In this document: piece by piece, positions 1 through 912 of the stretch | Position numbering within the stretch: position 1 is the first letter of the stretch | Layout: the number at the start of each line of letters is the position of its first letter | Sequence record: S81553.1 | Source: a phage | DNA: 912 bases | Strand: one strand, 5' to 3' | Program-made: the position numbers and the translations under genes | Notes under the pieces: model-generated | The model's input: the letters and a program-made list of their open reading frames with translations, nothing else | What the model was told of the DNA's origin: nothing | The model's database searches: none

Positions 1-30
1 GGGGGTAGGCCCCATAAGGGGCCTGCCTTC
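1..30 (+). promoter_or_regulatory. 5'-terminal stem-loop of an ssRNA phage genome (replication signal; its complement forms the 3' end of the minus strand)
   Basis: Seen in sequence: window starts GGGGG; positions 1-13 (GGGGGUAGGCCCC) pair with 18-30 (GGGGCCUGCCUUC) around an AUAA loop (14-17), giving 13 contiguous pairs including G-U wobbles at 3-28, 2-29 and 6-25. Established: the same architecture, G-run plus terminal hairpin, is found at the 5' end of Qbeta and MS2 genomes. Confidence 0.75.
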
Positions 31-41
31 AACGCACTACA

Positions 42-47
42 GAGGAG
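42..47 (+). promoter_or_regulatory. Shine-Dalgarno ribosome-binding site for the maturation gene
   Basis: GAGGAG at 42-47, 5 nt upstream of ATG at 53-55. Confidence 0.8.
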
Positions 48-52
48 AATCT

Positions 53-912
53 ATGCCAACCCTTCCGAGAGGACTTCGCTTCGGATCGAATGGCGAAATC
101 GTAAATGATTTCAACGCGCTCTGGTTTCCAGAGCGCGAAGCATTCGATCTCGAGCTCGGCTCCTACACACTCACTGGTTACGTAAGTAATCAGCCTGGCT
201 ATACGACGCGCATGCGTAATCCTCGCATGCATTGCGTTCGTACACCGCACAGAAGTACTGTACCTGTTAACCATTTTGGTTATAGGCCAGTTACGACTGT
301 TGAGTATGTTCCAAACGGAACTTTCATCCGCCTAGATGGGGATGTAAAGTTTTCCGGTGGATCGGTTAGTGGGTCGCTTAAGCTAAACAACTTCGTTGTT
401 AACTTAGCGTCACAGGGCGGCTTCGATTACCAGTCGGTAATCGGACCAAGGTTCTCGTCGCAATTCTCCGCGTTTAGTACCAAGTATGGTGCTTTGCTCG
501 GGGAAGGGAGAGAAACACTTAGTTATCTTCTCCTGCTGTTTCGCAGAATGCGTGAAGGGATCCGTGCCGTAAGGCGCGGTGATCTCAAGCGTCTCAGGAA
601 TCTGATACGTACATTCGAACCACGGTCCATTTCTGGCCGACGGCAACGAACGACGTTCTCAGAGACCTATCGCGATCGACTCGTCAACGACGGGTGGAAA
701 GACAGTAGTGCGAGTGACCTGTGGTTAGAGTTCCGATACGGACTGATGCCGTTGTTTTACGACATCAAGTCTGTAATGGAGGACTTCATGCGTATCCATA
801 AGAAGATCGCGAAATTACAGCGATTTTCAGCAGGACACGGTAAGCTTGTGACGGTTAAGGGTAGGTTCTTCCCTGACCCGCACTTCGCTATTGAGGTCAC
901 CGCGGTGTTACA
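53..912 (+). CDS. A2: Maturation protein A2 (pilus-binding/maturation protein, lysis effector in Qbeta-like phages); N-terminal 286 codons, truncated at the 3' window edge
   Basis: Seen in sequence: ATG at 53 with SD; frame 2 is open with no stop through codon 286 (ends 910; 911-912 are a partial codon). Translation MPTLPRGLRFGSNGEIVNDFNALWFPEREAFDLELGSYTLTGYVSNQPGYTTRMRNPRMHCVRTPHRSTVPVNHFGYRPVTTVEYVPNGTFIRLDGDVKFSGGSVSGSLKLNNFVVNLASQGGFDYQSVIGPRFSSQFSAFSTKYGALLGEGRETLSYLLLLFRRMREGIRAVRRGDLKRLRNLIRTFEPRSISGRRQRTTFSETYRDRLVNDGWKDSSASDLWLEFRYGLMPLFYDIKSVMEDFMRIHKKIAKLQRFSAGHGKLVTVKGRFFPDPHFAIEVTAVL. Established/recalled: Qbeta A2 begins MPKLPRGLRFGADNEILNDFQELWFPD and contains RTPHR, RPVTTV, FSAFNAKYG..GEG, LLLRRLREGYRAVKRGDL, LWLEFRYGLMPLFYDI and RFSVGHG in the same order. 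The MS2 A protein carries a related WLELQFGWLPLMSDI motif. Comparison is from memory, not a database search. Confidence 0.9.
   Translation, partial: MPTLPRGLRFGSNGEIVNDFNALWFPEREAFDLELGSYTLTGYVSNQPGYTTRMRNPRMHCVRTPHRSTVPVNHFGYRPVTTVEYVPNGTFIRLDGDVKFSGGSVSGSLKLNNFVVNLASQGGFDYQSVIGPRFSSQFSAFSTKYGALLGEGRETLSYLLLLFRRMREGIRAVRRGDLKRLRNLIRTFEPRSISGRRQRTTFSETYRDRLVNDGWKDSSASDLWLEFRYGLMPLFYDIKSVMEDFMRIHKKIAKLQRFSAGHGKLVTVKGRFFPDPHFAIEVTAVL

Larger units (their letters stand above)
1..52 (+). other. 5' untranslated leader of the phage genome
   Basis: No ATG in any usable context before position 53; length (52 nt) is comparable to the Qbeta leader (about 60 nt before the A2 start, from memory). Confidence 0.75.

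Noticed and set aside
79-84. C(UUCG)G tetraloop-like sequence
   Set aside because: No adequate flanking stem to support a stable UUCG hairpin.
150-158. Overlapping restriction-site palindromes (CTCGAGCTC), plus GCATGC near 211 and GTTAAC at 266 and 397, as possible signs of engineering or cloning
   Set aside because: Short palindromes at chance-level frequency inside a coding region; no vector or linker context.
105-185. Small plus-strand frame-3 ORF (26 codons) overlapping A2, considered as a possible MS2-style overlapping lysis gene
   Set aside because: No SD upstream and too short. Qbeta-like phages lyse via A2 itself, and the MS2-type L gene sits at the coat/replicase junction, not here.
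29-274. Minus-strand ORF (81 aa) from the supplied track
   Set aside because: Fully antisense to the A2 gene; the minus strand of a positive-sense ssRNA phage is a replication intermediate and is not translated; the translation has no recognisable motifs.
501-514. Purine-rich GGGAAGGGAGAGAA as an internal ribosome-binding site
   Set aside because: It encodes the conserved GEGRE of the A2 frame and no in-frame start of another ORF follows it.
410-646. Minus-strand ORF (78 aa) from the supplied track
   Set aside because: Same reasoning: antisense to the well-supported plus-strand CDS, with no recognisable motifs.

Overview
This window reads as a cDNA copy of the 5' end of a positive-sense ssRNA bacteriophage genome (Fiersviridae, Qbeta-like/allolevivirus type), not a cellular DNA locus. 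It opens with a 5' G-run that folds into a 13-bp terminal hairpin (1-30), followed by a short leader, a strong Shine-Dalgarno (GAGGAG, 42-47) and an ATG at 53. From there a single stop-free reading frame runs to the window end (286 codons, 3'-truncated). Its translation (MPTLPRGLRFGSNGEIVNDFNALWFPE ... FSAFSTKYGALLGEGRETLSYLLLLFRRMREGIRAVRRGDL ... LWLEFRYGLMPLFYDI ... RFSAGHG) closely parallels the Qbeta maturation/lysis protein A2 as I recall it from memory; I could not run a search. The two minus-strand ORFs in the supplied track are antisense to this gene and are judged spurious. The forward ORF is absent from the track, probably because it has no stop codon inside the window. I see no evidence of an undescribed system here: the content is a well-understood gene class, though this A2 is clearly divergent from Qbeta and carries an extra Arg-rich segment.
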